Origin: an uncultured Gammaproteobacteria bacterium
GTDB taxonomy: Bacteria; Cyanobacteriota; Vampirovibrionia; LMEP-6097
Assembly: GCA_964517685.1 (NCBI GenBank)
Contig: CAZFCF010000003.1
Span: 47,706 to 111,705, forward strand
Length of the DNA: 64,000 bases
Reading direction: 5' to 3'
A model generated the notes under the pieces. It did no database searches. It was given only the letters and a program-made list of their open reading frames with translations, and was not told where the DNA came from. A program made the translations under genes and the position numbers. Shown in pieces: positions 28,299 through 38,927 of this stretch (the first letter of the stretch is position 1; the number at the start of each line of letters is the position of its first letter).

Positions 28299-30142
28299 TA
28301 TTTGCCTCCGATAATTTTTTCAGCGATGCTAACTAAATCGCTCACGTTGAATGGTTTTGTGTTCACTTGATTAACCGGTTTGGTATCAATTAAGAACTTA
28401 GATCTAAATAGCATGTTGAATTGACCACTGTTTAATTCAGGGATCATTACATGTTTAAATTTAGCAGCTATTTGTCCAAGATCATTTGGCATTGGATTGA
28501 TGTAACGCAAATGAACTTGCCCAACTTTGTAACCACGCTGAAGAAGCTCATCAATAGCTGATCTGGTGTAACCATAAGTGCTACCCCAACCGAGTATAAG
28601 TAGATCGCCTTCTTGCTCGCCGTAGATTTTAGTATCTGGATAAGTCTTCGCGATGTTCTCTACTTTCTGTGCACGAATTCTTGTCATCTCTTCGTGAACT
28701 TCAGGAGAAAGATTTACTTTACCTGTGATGTTTTCTTTTTCAAGACCACCTAGAGTGTGCTCGCAGCCTGGTGTTCCAGGTATAGCCCAAGGTCTAGCTA
28801 AATTCTCATTACGACCGTAAGGTTTGTAAGTTGTAGAGTCAGTATGAAATTCGGCTTTAATCTTTGGAAGATTATCCATGTCTGGAAGTAACCAAGGCTC
28901 AGAACCAATTGCAATTTGAGTATCAGAAAGTAACACAACTGGAGTCATGTGCTCCACTGCAATTCTGATAGCTTCGATTGCAGTTTCAAAACAATCTGAC
29001 GGACTGCTTGCAGCAATAACTGGCATTGGGCTTTCACCATTACGACCAAACATTACTTGAAGTAAGTCTGTTTGCTCAGTCTTAGTCGGCAAGCCGGTTG
29101 AAGGACCACCACGTTGGATGTCAGCAATGACTATTGGTAATTCAGTCATCATCGCTAAATTCATAAATTCTGATTTAAGCGCGATTCCTGGACCAGAAGT
29201 AGTAGTAATTGCTACGTGACCTGCAAACGCAGCGCCAATTGCAGAGCCAATTCCAGCGATCTCATCTTCTGCTTGGAAAGTTTTTACGTTGTAATGTTTT
29301 AGCATTGCAAGTTCTTGAAGAATTTCTGTTGCTGGAGTGATTGGATAAGAGCCAATGAACAACGGCTTTCCAGCAATTTTACTTGCTGCAACAAAACCGA
29401 TTGCGAGTGCTTGGTTGCCAGTAATGTTTCTGTAAGTACCAGCTTTAATTGTTGCCTTAGGCACTTCGTAAGTGTTTTGGAACATCTCACAAGTATCACC
29501 AAAATGCAAACCAGCTTTAAGAGCTGCAATGTTAGCTTCAAGAATCAAAGGCTTCTTAGAGAACTTAGATTCTAACCACTCTACAGTTGGGGTGATATCG
29601 CGGTTGTAGATGAAGTACATCAGACCTAAAGCGAACATATTTTTGCAACGTTCTTTTTCTTTGCCGATGATATCGATATCTTTCAGTGCTTCAAGAGTCA
29701 TCTTAGTTACAGGCACTTCGTAAACTCTGTACTTAGCTCTGTATGGAGCAAGAACATCGTCTTCCTCTTTAAAGCCAGCTTTAGTGAGGTTTCCAGCAGT
29801 GAAGCTATCTTGGTTAGTAATTAAAATACCGTTTTGTTTGAGATCTTTAACGTTGGTTTTCATTGCAGCAGGGTTCATGGCAACGAGCACATCTAGAGCA
29901 TCTCCTGGTGTGTAAATATCATTAGAACTGAATCTCACTTGGAAGCCAGAAACTCCAGCAAGCGTTCCTTGAGGGGCTCTAATTTCGGCAGGGAAGTTTG
30001 GATAGGTGCTGATGTCGTTGCCGAATAAGGCACTGGTCGTAGTGAACTGATTACCAGTCAACTGCATCCCGTCACCGCTATCGCCGCAAAATCTGATGGT
30101 GACTGAATCTAATCTTTCTTTAGTGTGGGTTGCCATATTCAA
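28298..30142 (-). CDS. korA: 2-oxoacid:ferredoxin oxidoreductase alpha subunit (KorA-type)
   Basis: 614 aa. N-terminal FCGDSGDGMQLTGNQF is typical of the OFOR alpha gamma-like domain. A pyruvate-flavodoxin-OR-like core follows. Confidence 0.8.
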   Translation of the reverse strand: MNMATHTKERLDSVTIRFCGDSGDGMQLTGNQFTTTSALFGNDISTYPNFPAEIRAPQGTLAGVSGFQVRFSSNDIYTPGDALDVLVAMNPAAMKTNVKDLKQNGILITNQDSFTAGNLTKAGFKEEDDVLAPYRAKYRVYEVPVTKMTLEALKDIDIIGKEKERCKNMFALGLMYFIYNRDITPTVEWLESKFSKKPLILEANIAALKAGLHFGDTCEMFQNTYEVPKATIKAGTYRNITGNQALAIGFVAASKIAGKPLFIGSYPITPATEILQELAMLKHYNVKTFQAEDEIAGIGSAIGAAFAGHVAITTTSGPGIALKSEFMNLAMMTELPIVIADIQRGGPSTGLPTKTEQTDLLQVMFGRNGESPMPVIAASSPSDCFETAIEAIRIAVEHMTPVVLLSDTQIAIGSEPWLLPDMDNLPKIKAEFHTDSTTYKPYGRNENLARPWAIPGTPGCEHTLGGLEKENITGKVNLSPEVHEEMTRIRAQKVENIAKTYPDTKIYGEQEGDLLILGWGSTYGYTRSAIDELLQRGYKVGQVHLRYINPMPNDLGQIAAKFKHVMIPELNSGQFNMLFRSKFLIDTKPVNQVNTKPFNVSDLVSIAEKIIGGK

Positions 30143-30396
30143 AATAAATTATATCTTCAGGTCTAGCTTTCTGATGTGATTAAACATTAGAGCTAGCTTA
30201 ATATTAGATACCCACAATAGTATTAGGTTTAATGGTTGAATTATATGTATCTGTAAATGGTGCATGGGGATTACCTTATAGATTTGTCAAGCGAGAATAG
30301 GTTTATTATGTCAAGTCTTGAATTTAGGATTTTATCTTCATTCCAAAAGAAATGCCTAATAAAACTCTTTCCCAGAGGTTTGTAAAAGAGATTTTA

Positions 30397-31815
30397 TCAA
30401 AGCGATACCATCTTAATTTGTAGCCTTTTCAAAGCCTCATCTGGATTAAGTTCTCGGCGTATAACTTTTAGGTAAGCATCTTTAATTTCACGCTTATACA
30501 TTTGGCTGAAAGGCAATTGTGGAAAGTATTTGGCATTAGGACTTTTAGCCAGATCAATAAATATTTCTATGTATTGATTTGGATGTTTCTGTATAAAGCT
30601 TTCGCTGTGTGTGTTTAATGGTGTAAATTTTTGTTGTGCTAAAGCTAGATACTCTAGATTTTCTTGTTTGTGTAACCATTTAATGAACTCTGCTGCTTGT
30701 CGAGCGTGTTTCGCGCCTTTGGGAATTGCAAGCGCATCTACCGTTACATAAGTAGCTTTGGGTACTCTGCCTGGAAACGCTCTCACAGAGATATTTAGCT
30801 GCGGTGAGTAAATTTTGGCAAGATTCTTTTCCCAGACCCCATTATTCTCAAGTGCAATTTTGCCAGAGTAAAAAGGATTGTCCGGACTTTGGTAAGCATG
30901 AAAGCCTTCAGTATATGAAGCGAGTTTTTGTGGGTCGATTTTGCTTGCGAAGTTTTCTACTGCCCAGTTCCAGGCTTCGAGGTTTTCGGGGGAGTAGGCG
31001 GTGATTTGCCACTCGTCATTGCGAGGAACGGAGTGACGAAGCAATCCATTTCGCGCAGGGGGATTGCCGCGCCCACTATGTGGGCTCGCAATGACGTTTG
31101 ATTTCACTCCCCACTCCCCACCAAACACAACCGGCAAGAAGCTTCCAGCCCAAGGAGGCCAGCTTGGTAAGTAAGCAATTTCTCTGCCATCACCATGGGC
31201 ATTTATGTGATCGAAGATTTTTACTATATCTTCTAAGCTTGAAGGTTCTGCTAAATGATATTTATCGAGAATATTTTTATTGATGTGAAGGGCTTCGCAA
31301 GTGGGCATCAAAGGCATCGCAAATTGTGAGCCTTGTAAATTCAACATCCTTATATATACCGGAATAAATCTATCCAAATATTCCTGATCAAAAAAATTAT
31401 CAAGTGGTTCTAGAGCGTTGCGTAAAGCAAAGTCACTGACCATATCTCCATCGAGGTGAACTAGATCTGGAGGGACTTTACCTACTATCGAAAGCAAAAT
31501 CTTTTTCTTGGGCATAGAAATGCTAACCATTTTTACTTTGAAATCGTGATCTTCTGAGTTGAATTTTTTTACTAATTCTTCTAAAGGTTTCTTTTCAACG
31601 CCGCTCCAATACTGCCAGAAGGTAATTGTTGTTTTAATGGCGCCGGGGGATTGTTTCGCTTCCACCTTCGCTAATGCTTCGGTGGACAAGCCGCTCGCAA
31701 TGACGGTGTTTGCAATGAAAGACTTCTTATAAAACTCAAAAACAAATACGCCCAGAATCACTAAGAAAAAAATCCATAAAACTATAAAAACTTTTTTTTG
31801 TGGGCTGAGGTTCAT
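30397..31815 (-). CDS. extracellular solute-binding protein (ABC transporter SBP family 1-like) carrying two in-frame MITE insertions
   Basis: N-terminal membrane anchor/signal, then an SBP_bac_1-like body. The two peptide stretches NTVIASGLSTEALAKVEAKQSPGA and SNVIASPHSGRGNPPARNGLLRHSVPRNDEW are direct translations of family-A MITEs at 31644-31706 and 31014-31096. The frame stays open. Confidence 0.55.
   Translation of the reverse strand: MNLSPQKKVFIVLWIFFLVILGVFVFEFYKKSFIANTVIASGLSTEALAKVEAKQSPGAIKTTITFWQYWSGVEKKPLEELVKKFNSEDHDFKVKMVSISMPKKKILLSIVGKVPPDLVHLDGDMVSDFALRNALEPLDNFFDQEYLDRFIPVYIRMLNLQGSQFAMPLMPTCEALHINKNILDKYHLAEPSSLEDIVKIFDHINAHGDGREIAYLPSWPPWAGSFLPVVFGGEWGVKSNVIASPHSGRGNPPARNGLLRHSVPRNDEWQITAYSPENLEAWNWAVENFASKIDPQKLASYTEGFHAYQSPDNPFYSGKIALENNGVWEKNLAKIYSPQLNISVRAFPGRVPKATYVTVDALAIPKGAKHARQAAEFIKWLHKQENLEYLALAQQKFTPLNTHSESFIQKHPNQYIEIFIDLAKSPNAKYFPQLPFSQMYKREIKDAYLKVIRRELNPDEALKRLQIKMVSL
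31014..31096. mobile_element. RPE-like MITE (family A), full copy inserted in-frame inside a CDS
   Basis: cgtcattgcgaggaacggagtgacgaagcaatccatttcgcgcagggggattgccgcgcccactatgtgggctcgcaatgacg. Confidence 0.8.
31644..31706. mobile_element. RPE-like MITE (family A), half element inserted in-frame inside the same CDS
   Basis: cgggggattgtttcgcttccaccttcgctaatgcttcggtggacaagccgctcgcaatgacgg. Confidence 0.75.
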
Positions 31816-31903
31816 TTTTTATTCTGATTTGACACTTATATCATTTCTAAAATTAACTTTACACTGAGGAAAGCATAGCGAAAAATCAGTTACTATTCTT
31901 GTT

Positions 31904-33199
31904 GTGATTCAAGAAAGAAGAGTTGTAATTACCGGTATCGGTCCTGTGACCTCTGTAGGTATCGGTTTAGAAGAATTTTGGGCAGCCTTGCTTGCTGGTA
32001 AAAGCGGTATTAGTATGCTCGACAATATAAATGAGTATGAAGGTTTCACGCCGCCAGTAAAATTTGGCGGACAAATCAAAAACTTTGATGTGGCAACTTA
32101 CTTTCCTGGAGATCCTCGTGAAATTCGTAGTCTACAAAAAGACATGGATAAGGTCAGCCAATTTGCGATGGTTGCAGCGAAATATGCAATTGAAAATTCT
32201 GGAATTAATTTTGATAAATTAGAAGAGTACGGTTCAGATCGCACTCAGGTAGCGACTTTCATAGGTACTGGTATCGGTGGTATCAAAACTACTTGTGATG
32301 ATATGCAAACTCTAGTTACCCGTGGCATTAAAGCTCTTGGTTTGCGTTCTATTATAAGGCTCATGCCCAATGCGGCATCAGGTCATGTTGCAATCAAATA
32401 TGGTTTGCAAGGTAGAGCTAAGTCAGATGCAACTGCGTGCGCATCGGGTTTGGATAGTTTAATGGATGCTTTCTACTATATAAAGAATGGTCTTGCTGAT
32501 GTTATGGTGACTGGCGGTACTGAAGCGTGTTTGAACACACTTGCTATTTCTTCTTTCTATAATATGACTGCACTTTCTCGTAGAGAGACTGCTCCAGAAG
32601 AAGCGAGCTGCCCGTTTGATAAACGTCGTGATGGTTTTGTGATGTCTGAAGGCGCAGTTGTTTTCACTATAGAAGAATTATCCTTTGCTAAGAAACGTGG
32701 TGCAAAGATATATGCTGAGCTTATTGGCGTAGGTGCTAGTTGTGATGCCTACCATATTACTGCTCCATCTGAAGATGGTAGTGGTGGATCTCGTGCTATT
32801 GAAGCGGCTTTGAAGTGTGCAGGCATGAGTAATGAGCGTGAGAAGATTAATTACATCCACGCACACGGTACTAGCACTCCATTGAATGATGCGCGTGAGA
32901 CTCTTGCAATCAAAAAAGTTTTTGGTGAACATGCTAAAAAGCTTGCAGTATCTTCGACTAAGTCTATGACTGGTCACTTGATTGGTGCTGCCGGTCCTGC
33001 TGGGCTTGCGGTTTGTGCAATGGCTTGTAAGGATGGCAAAGTGCCTCCTACTATCAACTATAAGGAAGCAGACCCTGCTTGTGATTTGGATTATGTGCCA
33101 AATACAGCGCGCTCAATGAATGTGGACTATGCGATGGTCCAAGCTCTTGGCTTTGGTGGACATAATACTGTGGCGATTGTCAAGAAATTTACGGAGTAA
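31904..33199 (+). CDS. fabF: 3-oxoacyl-[ACP] synthase II (beta-ketoacyl-ACP synthase, FabF/FabB family)
   Basis: RRVVITGIGPVTSVG; active-site Cys context ATACASG; HAHGTSTPLND; GHLIGAAG; C-terminal GFGGHN. 431 aa. Confidence 0.85.
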   Translation: MIQERRVVITGIGPVTSVGIGLEEFWAALLAGKSGISMLDNINEYEGFTPPVKFGGQIKNFDVATYFPGDPREIRSLQKDMDKVSQFAMVAAKYAIENSGINFDKLEEYGSDRTQVATFIGTGIGGIKTTCDDMQTLVTRGIKALGLRSIIRLMPNAASGHVAIKYGLQGRAKSDATACASGLDSLMDAFYYIKNGLADVMVTGGTEACLNTLAISSFYNMTALSRRETAPEEASCPFDKRRDGFVMSEGAVVFTIEELSFAKKRGAKIYAELIGVGASCDAYHITAPSEDGSGGSRAIEAALKCAGMSNEREKINYIHAHGTSTPLNDARETLAIKKVFGEHAKKLAVSSTKSMTGHLIGAAGPAGLAVCAMACKDGKVPPTINYKEADPACDLDYVPNTARSMNVDYAMVQALGFGGHNTVAIVKKFTE

Positions 33200-33204
33200 C
33201 AAAT

Positions 33205-33316
33205 GCCGTTATTGCGAGGAGCGAAGCAAGCCTGTCCAGAGCGTAGCGTGGGATGACGATCCAGTCTTCAAATAACTGGATCCTGACGCCTTCTGCGAAG
33301 GCTCAGGATGACGCGG
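33205..33316. mobile_element. composite RPE-like MITE (family A left half fused to a gtcatcctgagc-type palindrome)
   Basis: gccgttattgcgaggagcgaagcaagcc...gggatgacgatccagtc...ggatcctgacgccttctgcgaaggctcaggatgacgcgg. Confidence 0.7.
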
Positions 33317-33318
33317 CA

Positions 33319-33912
33319 TTAATTCTGCAAACAAAATCTGATGAGACTCTCAGCTTCATCTGGAATCTCTTGCTCTCTTGCAGCATTCAGCTTCTTATCA
33401 ATCTCTAGATAACTTAATCCAAGATTACTCAAAATAGAACTTACATCATTATGTGATTTATAAGAATGATTTTCATCGCCCTCTTTATTATCCTTGCTCA
33501 CGATAATATTTTTAAATTTATTTTTCAGCTCAAGAATTATTCTCTGCGCAGTTTTATTGCCAACACCTTGAGCTTCTTCAATTAGTTTTACATCTCCACG
33601 AATCACTGCAGAAATAAATTGCTCTACTTCAAAATAAGACAGAATATTGACCGCTGATTTAGGTCCAATTCCTGACACTTTTATCAACAACTGAAACAGT
33701 TCTTTCTCTGTTTTATTGAGGAATCCAAAAAGCCTAATTCCTTCTTCGTTGTTTATGGCCACAACGTGTATCTTGTAATCCTCTCCCTGATTGATTTTGA
33801 TTAAAGTAGTTTTGGGTATTTCAACTAAATATCCAATATTGTTTACGTCAATGATTGCAGTATTACAATTTAAATTCTTCTCAATTATCTTTCCTTTGAA
33901 ATATGCAAACAT
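33319..33912 (-). CDS. ruvA: Holliday junction DNA helicase subunit RuvA
   Basis: MFAYFKGKI...GYLVEIP; GIGPKSA helix-hairpin-helix motifs; about 198 aa from the internal Met. The track ORF starts 15 codons earlier. Confidence 0.75.
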   Translation of the reverse strand: MFAYFKGKIIEKNLNCNTAIIDVNNIGYLVEIPKTTLIKINQGEDYKIHVVAINNEEGIRLFGFLNKTEKELFQLLIKVSGIGPKSAVNILSYFEVEQFISAVIRGDVKLIEEAQGVGNKTAQRIILELKNKFKNIIVSKDNKEGDENHSYKSHNDVSSILSNLGLSYLEIDKKLNAAREQEIPDEAESLIRFCLQN

Positions 33913-34207
33913 CGTAATATAGATTATATTTTGAAAATTAATCTTCTTTAATTCCATGGGTGGAACTTTTTCTAAAACTTTTCAATGGTTGATACAAAAG
34001 GAATTTCACACAATATGATATACGTCTTACTCATTCATACAAAAATCTTAATTTTAAAAACTTAGCTAAAACAGTTGACCGCCTACCTAAAATTTGAAAG
34101 TATTAATGCTGTATTCTAATACGCTGGGTCTTAGTCCCTTGACCAATAGTGTTAGGAAATTTTTTATGGAAAAAAATAGGGTGAAAAAAACAAACAAAGG
34201 AGAAACA

Positions 34208-37200
34208 ATGAGTCTAAGGAAACTACTTTCTTTACTCTTACTTACGGCGTTTACTATGACGTCGATCGCTCCTGCCCAGGCGGCAGTTACGCTTAATTCA
34301 GGCGTAGTGCTTCCAACCATAGCTCAAGACGACGGTACACGTGCCGACGGTGCAAACAGAGATGTTGTGCCTTTAGTTTTGAGAATTGGTTTCGTTGGCG
34401 GAGATCTTACATTTGCACCGGACGGTACTGCGTTCCAAGCGCTTGACTCTTTCACTGTTCAAAACAATGGAAGTTTATCAACAACTGGATTTACAGTTCC
34501 AGCTCCGAGAGTTGCAGTTTTCGTACCACCTACTGGTACTGAATTCGTTAAATTAGTAGCTAATAGCTATAGAGATTTAACTTCAACTATCACTATTGCA
34601 AATGGTACGTCAGGTTCAGCAACGATCAATGGAACAACTCTTTTGAACGTTACTGCTGATTCTGCTACTACAGCTAGTTTCCCTGGAACAGGCGCTGGTG
34701 CAGTTGTTGCTGCAGTAGTTCTTACTGAGGCTGCTGGCGATGCAACGTTTGGTATTGGTTCTAGCACTGAGTTCCCAGCTGGTAGCTTAGTTGTTCAGTT
34801 CTTTACTAAAACAGATGCACCTAACCAAATTACTACTGGTGCTGGTGGACTTATCGTTATTAACGGTATCGGTCTTGCTGCAGATCCTGGTACTAGCTTA
34901 GGTTCTACAGGTGATTTAAACATCACTTATAAAGCTCCTAATACAAGTGCTGTGGCTCTTGCTGCTTTCGGTAGCTCAGTTTTAGCTGATGATACAGCTA
35001 TTAAAGTTGCTACTAAAGCAGATAACATTGGTAAATTAGAGTTCTTACAAGTTGGTACTACTACTGGTACTGAAGTAAGCACTACTTCTGAGCCAGACAG
35101 TCAACCAAACACAATACTTGCTGGTTTAATTTCAGGTACTACAGTTACTGTTGGTCCTGGATTAATCACTTCAACTGGATCTAGCTTAGCTACTGCAAAT
35201 CTTGATACGGATACACTTCTTATCAGAGCAGCTGAAAGAGCTGAATCTACAACAAGTGCAAGAGCTTATTACGAAACTCCGTTCAATACTTCAGCTTTAG
35301 TTCTAAGCCAAGTATTTAATGGTAGAGAAGCTACAACAATTCGTGATTTGACACTTGATGGTAATACTACTAACTTCCCTAACGCTGCTAACGCTTTAAT
35401 CAAAGTAACTTTTGCATTAGAGACTCCAGCAGGTGCTGCTTCTACAGCTACTCTTGCAGTTAACGCTGTAACAGTATCTATGGTAAGTCCTAGAGCATTT
35501 AATGGTTTCAGAAACACTGGAGCTGCTACAGGTGGTCAAACTCAAGCTCTTGAGGGTGCATTGCCTGGCGTAAGAGGTTTCTCAGGAGGTTTAATTAACA
35601 CTCTTGATAACGCTCCTGCGACTTCTGGTGTGACTAAGCGTACATTATATGGAGTTCTTGCTCTTTACAATGGTACAGCTTCTGTAACACAATACCAAGC
35701 AAAAGACACATTCACTGCTGACTTCAGAGCTCAAGATACTCAAAGAGGTCTTACAGATGCAGTTGCTAACACTAATACTGTAGTTGCTGGTAACGATACA
35801 CCTAGTAGTACTGGTACTGCTGCTCCAAGTGCAGACAGAATCAGTATGTTCCCTGGATCTATGATCATCAATGCTGCTGCCGCTAACGGTGTTGCTGCGT
35901 GGGATCTTGTTAACACAGCAAATGGCTCTGGATCAACTCCATTCTCATTTGCATTAGCAAGTTCTAATGACACTTATGCAAACACTAATACTATTTGGAA
36001 TCCATCAGAAGTTTCTGTAAGGATGATAAATGGTACTGGAGGAGCTTCTATTGGTAATACCGCGTATTTCTTAATTCACGGTACTAATGGAGCTGACGTA
36101 GGTGTTACTGTTGATAACTTCAGAGTTGCTTCAACTAACGTGAACGCTTCAACTGAGTTCTACGATAATGGAGTTACTTTGAAAGATGCAAACAATACTG
36201 TTGATGCACGTAATAACGTGTTAATGGCAGCTAAACTCAAAGCAAATGTTCTTGAGATTATGCCTGTATCTAATAAGTTTGATGGCTTAAGAGATGTACT
36301 TGCTCTCAGACCTGAAGCTACTATTACTCTTGATGCTACATCTAAGACTACTGGTGTGAACCTTGTAGCTACTGCTACTGGTAACAACCTTCCAACAGCT
36401 GGAGTGAAGCTAACTATAGCTAAAATCCTTCCTACTGGTGGTTTCACAGCTGGTCTAGATCTAACGTCATCGGCTCTTCCTGTTCATGGAACAATTGGTA
36501 CTCCAGCATTAATGAGCGAAAGTTCAACTGATGCAGGAGCTAGCAGATCTGCTATCCAATTGAGTAGCGTAACAGGTGCTACTACTTCTACTGATAATCT
36601 TTCAGATATCGTAGGAACTGGTAAGTCACTTGATACTACATTACCTCCATTATTCTGTGGTGGTACTGCTGGTACAGCTACTAGAGGTCCTAATGGTGTT
36701 GTATTCCAACCTAAGGCTCGTGCAATTCTGTTAACTGAAAACGGTACTACTAATTTCCAAGCAATTGAAGATTTAGGTGCTAACACAGTAATCAGAGTTA
36801 CTCTTCCTACAGGATGGGATCTAAACAAATATACAGCTACTAACGGTAACTTCCTTGCAACTGGAGTTTCTGGTGGTTTAACTGCGACTGTTATTAGAAC
36901 GCAAGACATCACTAGTACGGTCTCTAGAGCATTCATTGATATTACTGTTGATAGTAGTGCAACTACTGTAAGCACTAAGAGATTACTTGGTCTGTTCTTC
37001 AAGCCTAATGCGCTTGTAGTTCCAGAAGGAGTAACTAGCTTTACTGCTGATGTAGCGATTTACAATACAGCTGGTACCGCGGCAACTACTGATGATACTC
37101 TTGTGGGTACTATCGGTACAGTTAGCTTAGGTTCTGCATGTTCTACATTGTTAACAGTTTCATTCTGCGATAGCTCAATTTCATCTTTCGTAGCTTCTGG

Positions 37201-38899
37201 TTCTACAACTCAGACTACAGAAAATGGAAGAGTTGCTACAAGCGGATCTCAATTAACTGAATTTGGTGGATCACCATCTTCAATTCAGAGACTTGTTAAC
37301 TCATCTGCAAGTAACGAAGTAATCCTTCCAGACCTATGTGTGGAAGAGGGTGTGGCTGATGCATTACCAGTTGGTTCTATAACTGACGGTGTGCCAAGCA
37401 TATTCGGTGAATCTGCTTCTTCTACTGTAGGTGATGTTGAATTACACATTTCAACTAGCTTTGCTGGAAGTACTGCTACAGGTGAAGTTGGTCTAGATAC
37501 AGCTGCAACAGCAGTTCTATTCTCAGACACATCTATCATTGCTGACGGTGCATCAAGTGTAGTTACTACTGGTGATGATAATGAAGTAATCGTTCCTTTA
37601 CAGGAAGGTACTGCTTCAGGAAGAAAGAGACCATTCTTGGAAAAAACTCAAATCAGAATTACTGGTTTAAGACTTGACCAAGCTGCGGCTTCTCAACCAG
37701 TATCAGCACAAGACATATTAGTTTGGGCTGAAGTTGCGACAGGTACTGGTTCAGTAGCTGTTGGTAGCAATGCTGTAATTAGTAATGAAGAAACAAATAC
37801 TACAACTCATGAGTTCTTTGCTGGTAACGTATTTAGCTCTGGTAACGAAGATGAGAAATATTCAAACTCATTCTCTGACAAAGTGATAGATACTACTACA
37901 GGAACTGTAGTTGCTACTAGCTTCGGTGATAACAGTGCTACTGTTGCAACTAACACATTACAAGTTGCTCAGTCACTAGGTAATCACGGTACATTGAGTG
38001 GTGCTGTTGAGTCATTACTTGACAATTCAGGATACACATTACTTGATGAAGATACTACTTTCAGCGTTCAACTAAGTGATATCACTGGTTCTACAGACAA
38101 GAAAGCTACTATATCTGTTAATCCAGGATCATTAGAGCCAGGAACACTTGTTACTTTAACGTCAAGTGGTTCAGGTAATAGCGATTCAGTAACAGTTCCA
38201 GTACTTGATGATGGTAGTTTCATCGGTTCGATCAGAGCTAACACAAGTCAAACGATTGTGGTAACTCAAGGTCCTACTTCAACTCAAACTGGTGCTCTTC
38301 AATTAAGAGAATTAGATGTAGTTGAACAAAACGTTGAGCCTGTAATCACAGGAGCTGTAGCTGAGAATATTGGAATCGGTATCCTTACTAGAAGAGGAAC
38401 TGCGCCAGTAGTATTCACGGTAACTGCTAAAGGTAAATTGAATGGAGTTGACTTTACGCCAACTGCTAGCCAATTGACTTTAGGTGGTTCAAGCGTAATT
38501 GCTGTAACAGGTACTGATGATAAATTCATCGGTATTGCTGACTTCAGCAAATCAACGGCCTTGACTGTTAAAGCAACAGCTAATGGTGAGGAAAGTACAG
38601 CTACACTTACTGAGTTAGCTGTGTCTAATCCAACACTTAGTGGTGGTCCAGTTCTTAAGAAAGTTAAAGTCAACAAAAAAGGAAGAATTGCTCTTTCTGG
38701 TTTGAGACTACGTAACGGCGGAACATTCGGATTCGTATTAAGTGATGGTACTTACGTGCCAGTTGACCTAAAAGCTCAAACTGCTAACCAGAAGAAAACA
38801 GGTAAGAGAACTTCTGCTGTAGAAGCTACTATTCCAGCTACTGCAGTATTAGGTGTCTTCCATGTTCCTGGACGTGGTACTAGTACAATCGAACTATAA
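34208..38899 (+). CDS. giant secreted Thr/Ser/Ala/Gly-rich surface protein (1563 aa); candidate S-layer or surface-array protein
   Basis: Strong RBS aaggag 8 nt before the ATG at 34208. Signal peptide MSLRKLLSLLLLTAFTMTSIAPAQA. Only 6 Cys in about 1560 aa. Biased, highly-expressed-gene-like codon usage. Ends at a strong bidirectional terminator shared with flagellin. Confidence 0.6.
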   Translation: MSLRKLLSLLLLTAFTMTSIAPAQAAVTLNSGVVLPTIAQDDGTRADGANRDVVPLVLRIGFVGGDLTFAPDGTAFQALDSFTVQNNGSLSTTGFTVPAPRVAVFVPPTGTEFVKLVANSYRDLTSTITIANGTSGSATINGTTLLNVTADSATTASFPGTGAGAVVAAVVLTEAAGDATFGIGSSTEFPAGSLVVQFFTKTDAPNQITTGAGGLIVINGIGLAADPGTSLGSTGDLNITYKAPNTSAVALAAFGSSVLADDTAIKVATKADNIGKLEFLQVGTTTGTEVSTTSEPDSQPNTILAGLISGTTVTVGPGLITSTGSSLATANLDTDTLLIRAAERAESTTSARAYYETPFNTSALVLSQVFNGREATTIRDLTLDGNTTNFPNAANALIKVTFALETPAGAASTATLAVNAVTVSMVSPRAFNGFRNTGAATGGQTQALEGALPGVRGFSGGLINTLDNAPATSGVTKRTLYGVLALYNGTASVTQYQAKDTFTADFRAQDTQRGLTDAVANTNTVVAGNDTPSSTGTAAPSADRISMFPGSMIINAAAANGVAAWDLVNTANGSGSTPFSFALASSNDTYANTNTIWNPSEVSVRMINGTGGASIGNTAYFLIHGTNGADVGVTVDNFRVASTNVNASTEFYDNGVTLKDANNTVDARNNVLMAAKLKANVLEIMPVSNKFDGLRDVLALRPEATITLDATSKTTGVNLVATATGNNLPTAGVKLTIAKILPTGGFTAGLDLTSSALPVHGTIGTPALMSESSTDAGASRSAIQLSSVTGATTSTDNLSDIVGTGKSLDTTLPPLFCGGTAGTATRGPNGVVFQPKARAILLTENGTTNFQAIEDLGANTVIRVTLPTGWDLNKYTATNGNFLATGVSGGLTATVIRTQDITSTVSRAFIDITVDSSATTVSTKRLLGLFFKPNALVVPEGVTSFTADVAIYNTAGTAATTDDTLVGTIGTVSLGSACSTLLTVSFCDSSISSFVASGSTTQTTENGRVATSGSQLTEFGGSPSSIQRLVNSSASNEVILPDLCVEEGVADALPVGSITDGVPSIFGESASSTVGDVELHISTSFAGSTATGEVGLDTAATAVLFSDTSIIADGASSVVTTGDDNEVIVPLQEGTASGRKRPFLEKTQIRITGLRLDQAAASQPVSAQDILVWAEVATGTGSVAVGSNAVISNEETNTTTHEFFAGNVFSSGNEDEKYSNSFSDKVIDTTTGTVVATSFGDNSATVATNTLQVAQSLGNHGTLSGAVESLLDNSGYTLLDEDTTFSVQLSDITGSTDKKATISVNPGSLEPGTLVTLTSSGSGNSDSVTVPVLDDGSFIGSIRANTSQTIVVTQGPTSTQTGALQLRELDVVEQNVEPVITGAVAENIGIGILTRRGTAPVVFTVTAKGKLNGVDFTPTASQLTLGGSSVIAVTGTDDKFIGIADFSKSTALTVKATANGEESTATLTELAVSNPTLSGGPVLKKVKVNKKGRIALSGLRLRNGGTFGFVLSDGTYVPVDLKAQTANQKKTGKRTSAVEATIPATAVLGVFHVPGRGTSTIEL

Positions 38900-38927
38900 A
38901 TCTATAGATCGATAATATACAAATAAC

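Noticed and set aside
35269-38676. Several 77-172 aa ORFs on the minus strand inside the giant surface-protein gene (also 34567-34767 and 34087-34320)
   Set aside because: They are antisense to a strongly supported 1563-aa CDS. The gene's biased GCN/ACN-rich codon usage keeps antisense frames open by chance. No start or RBS context.
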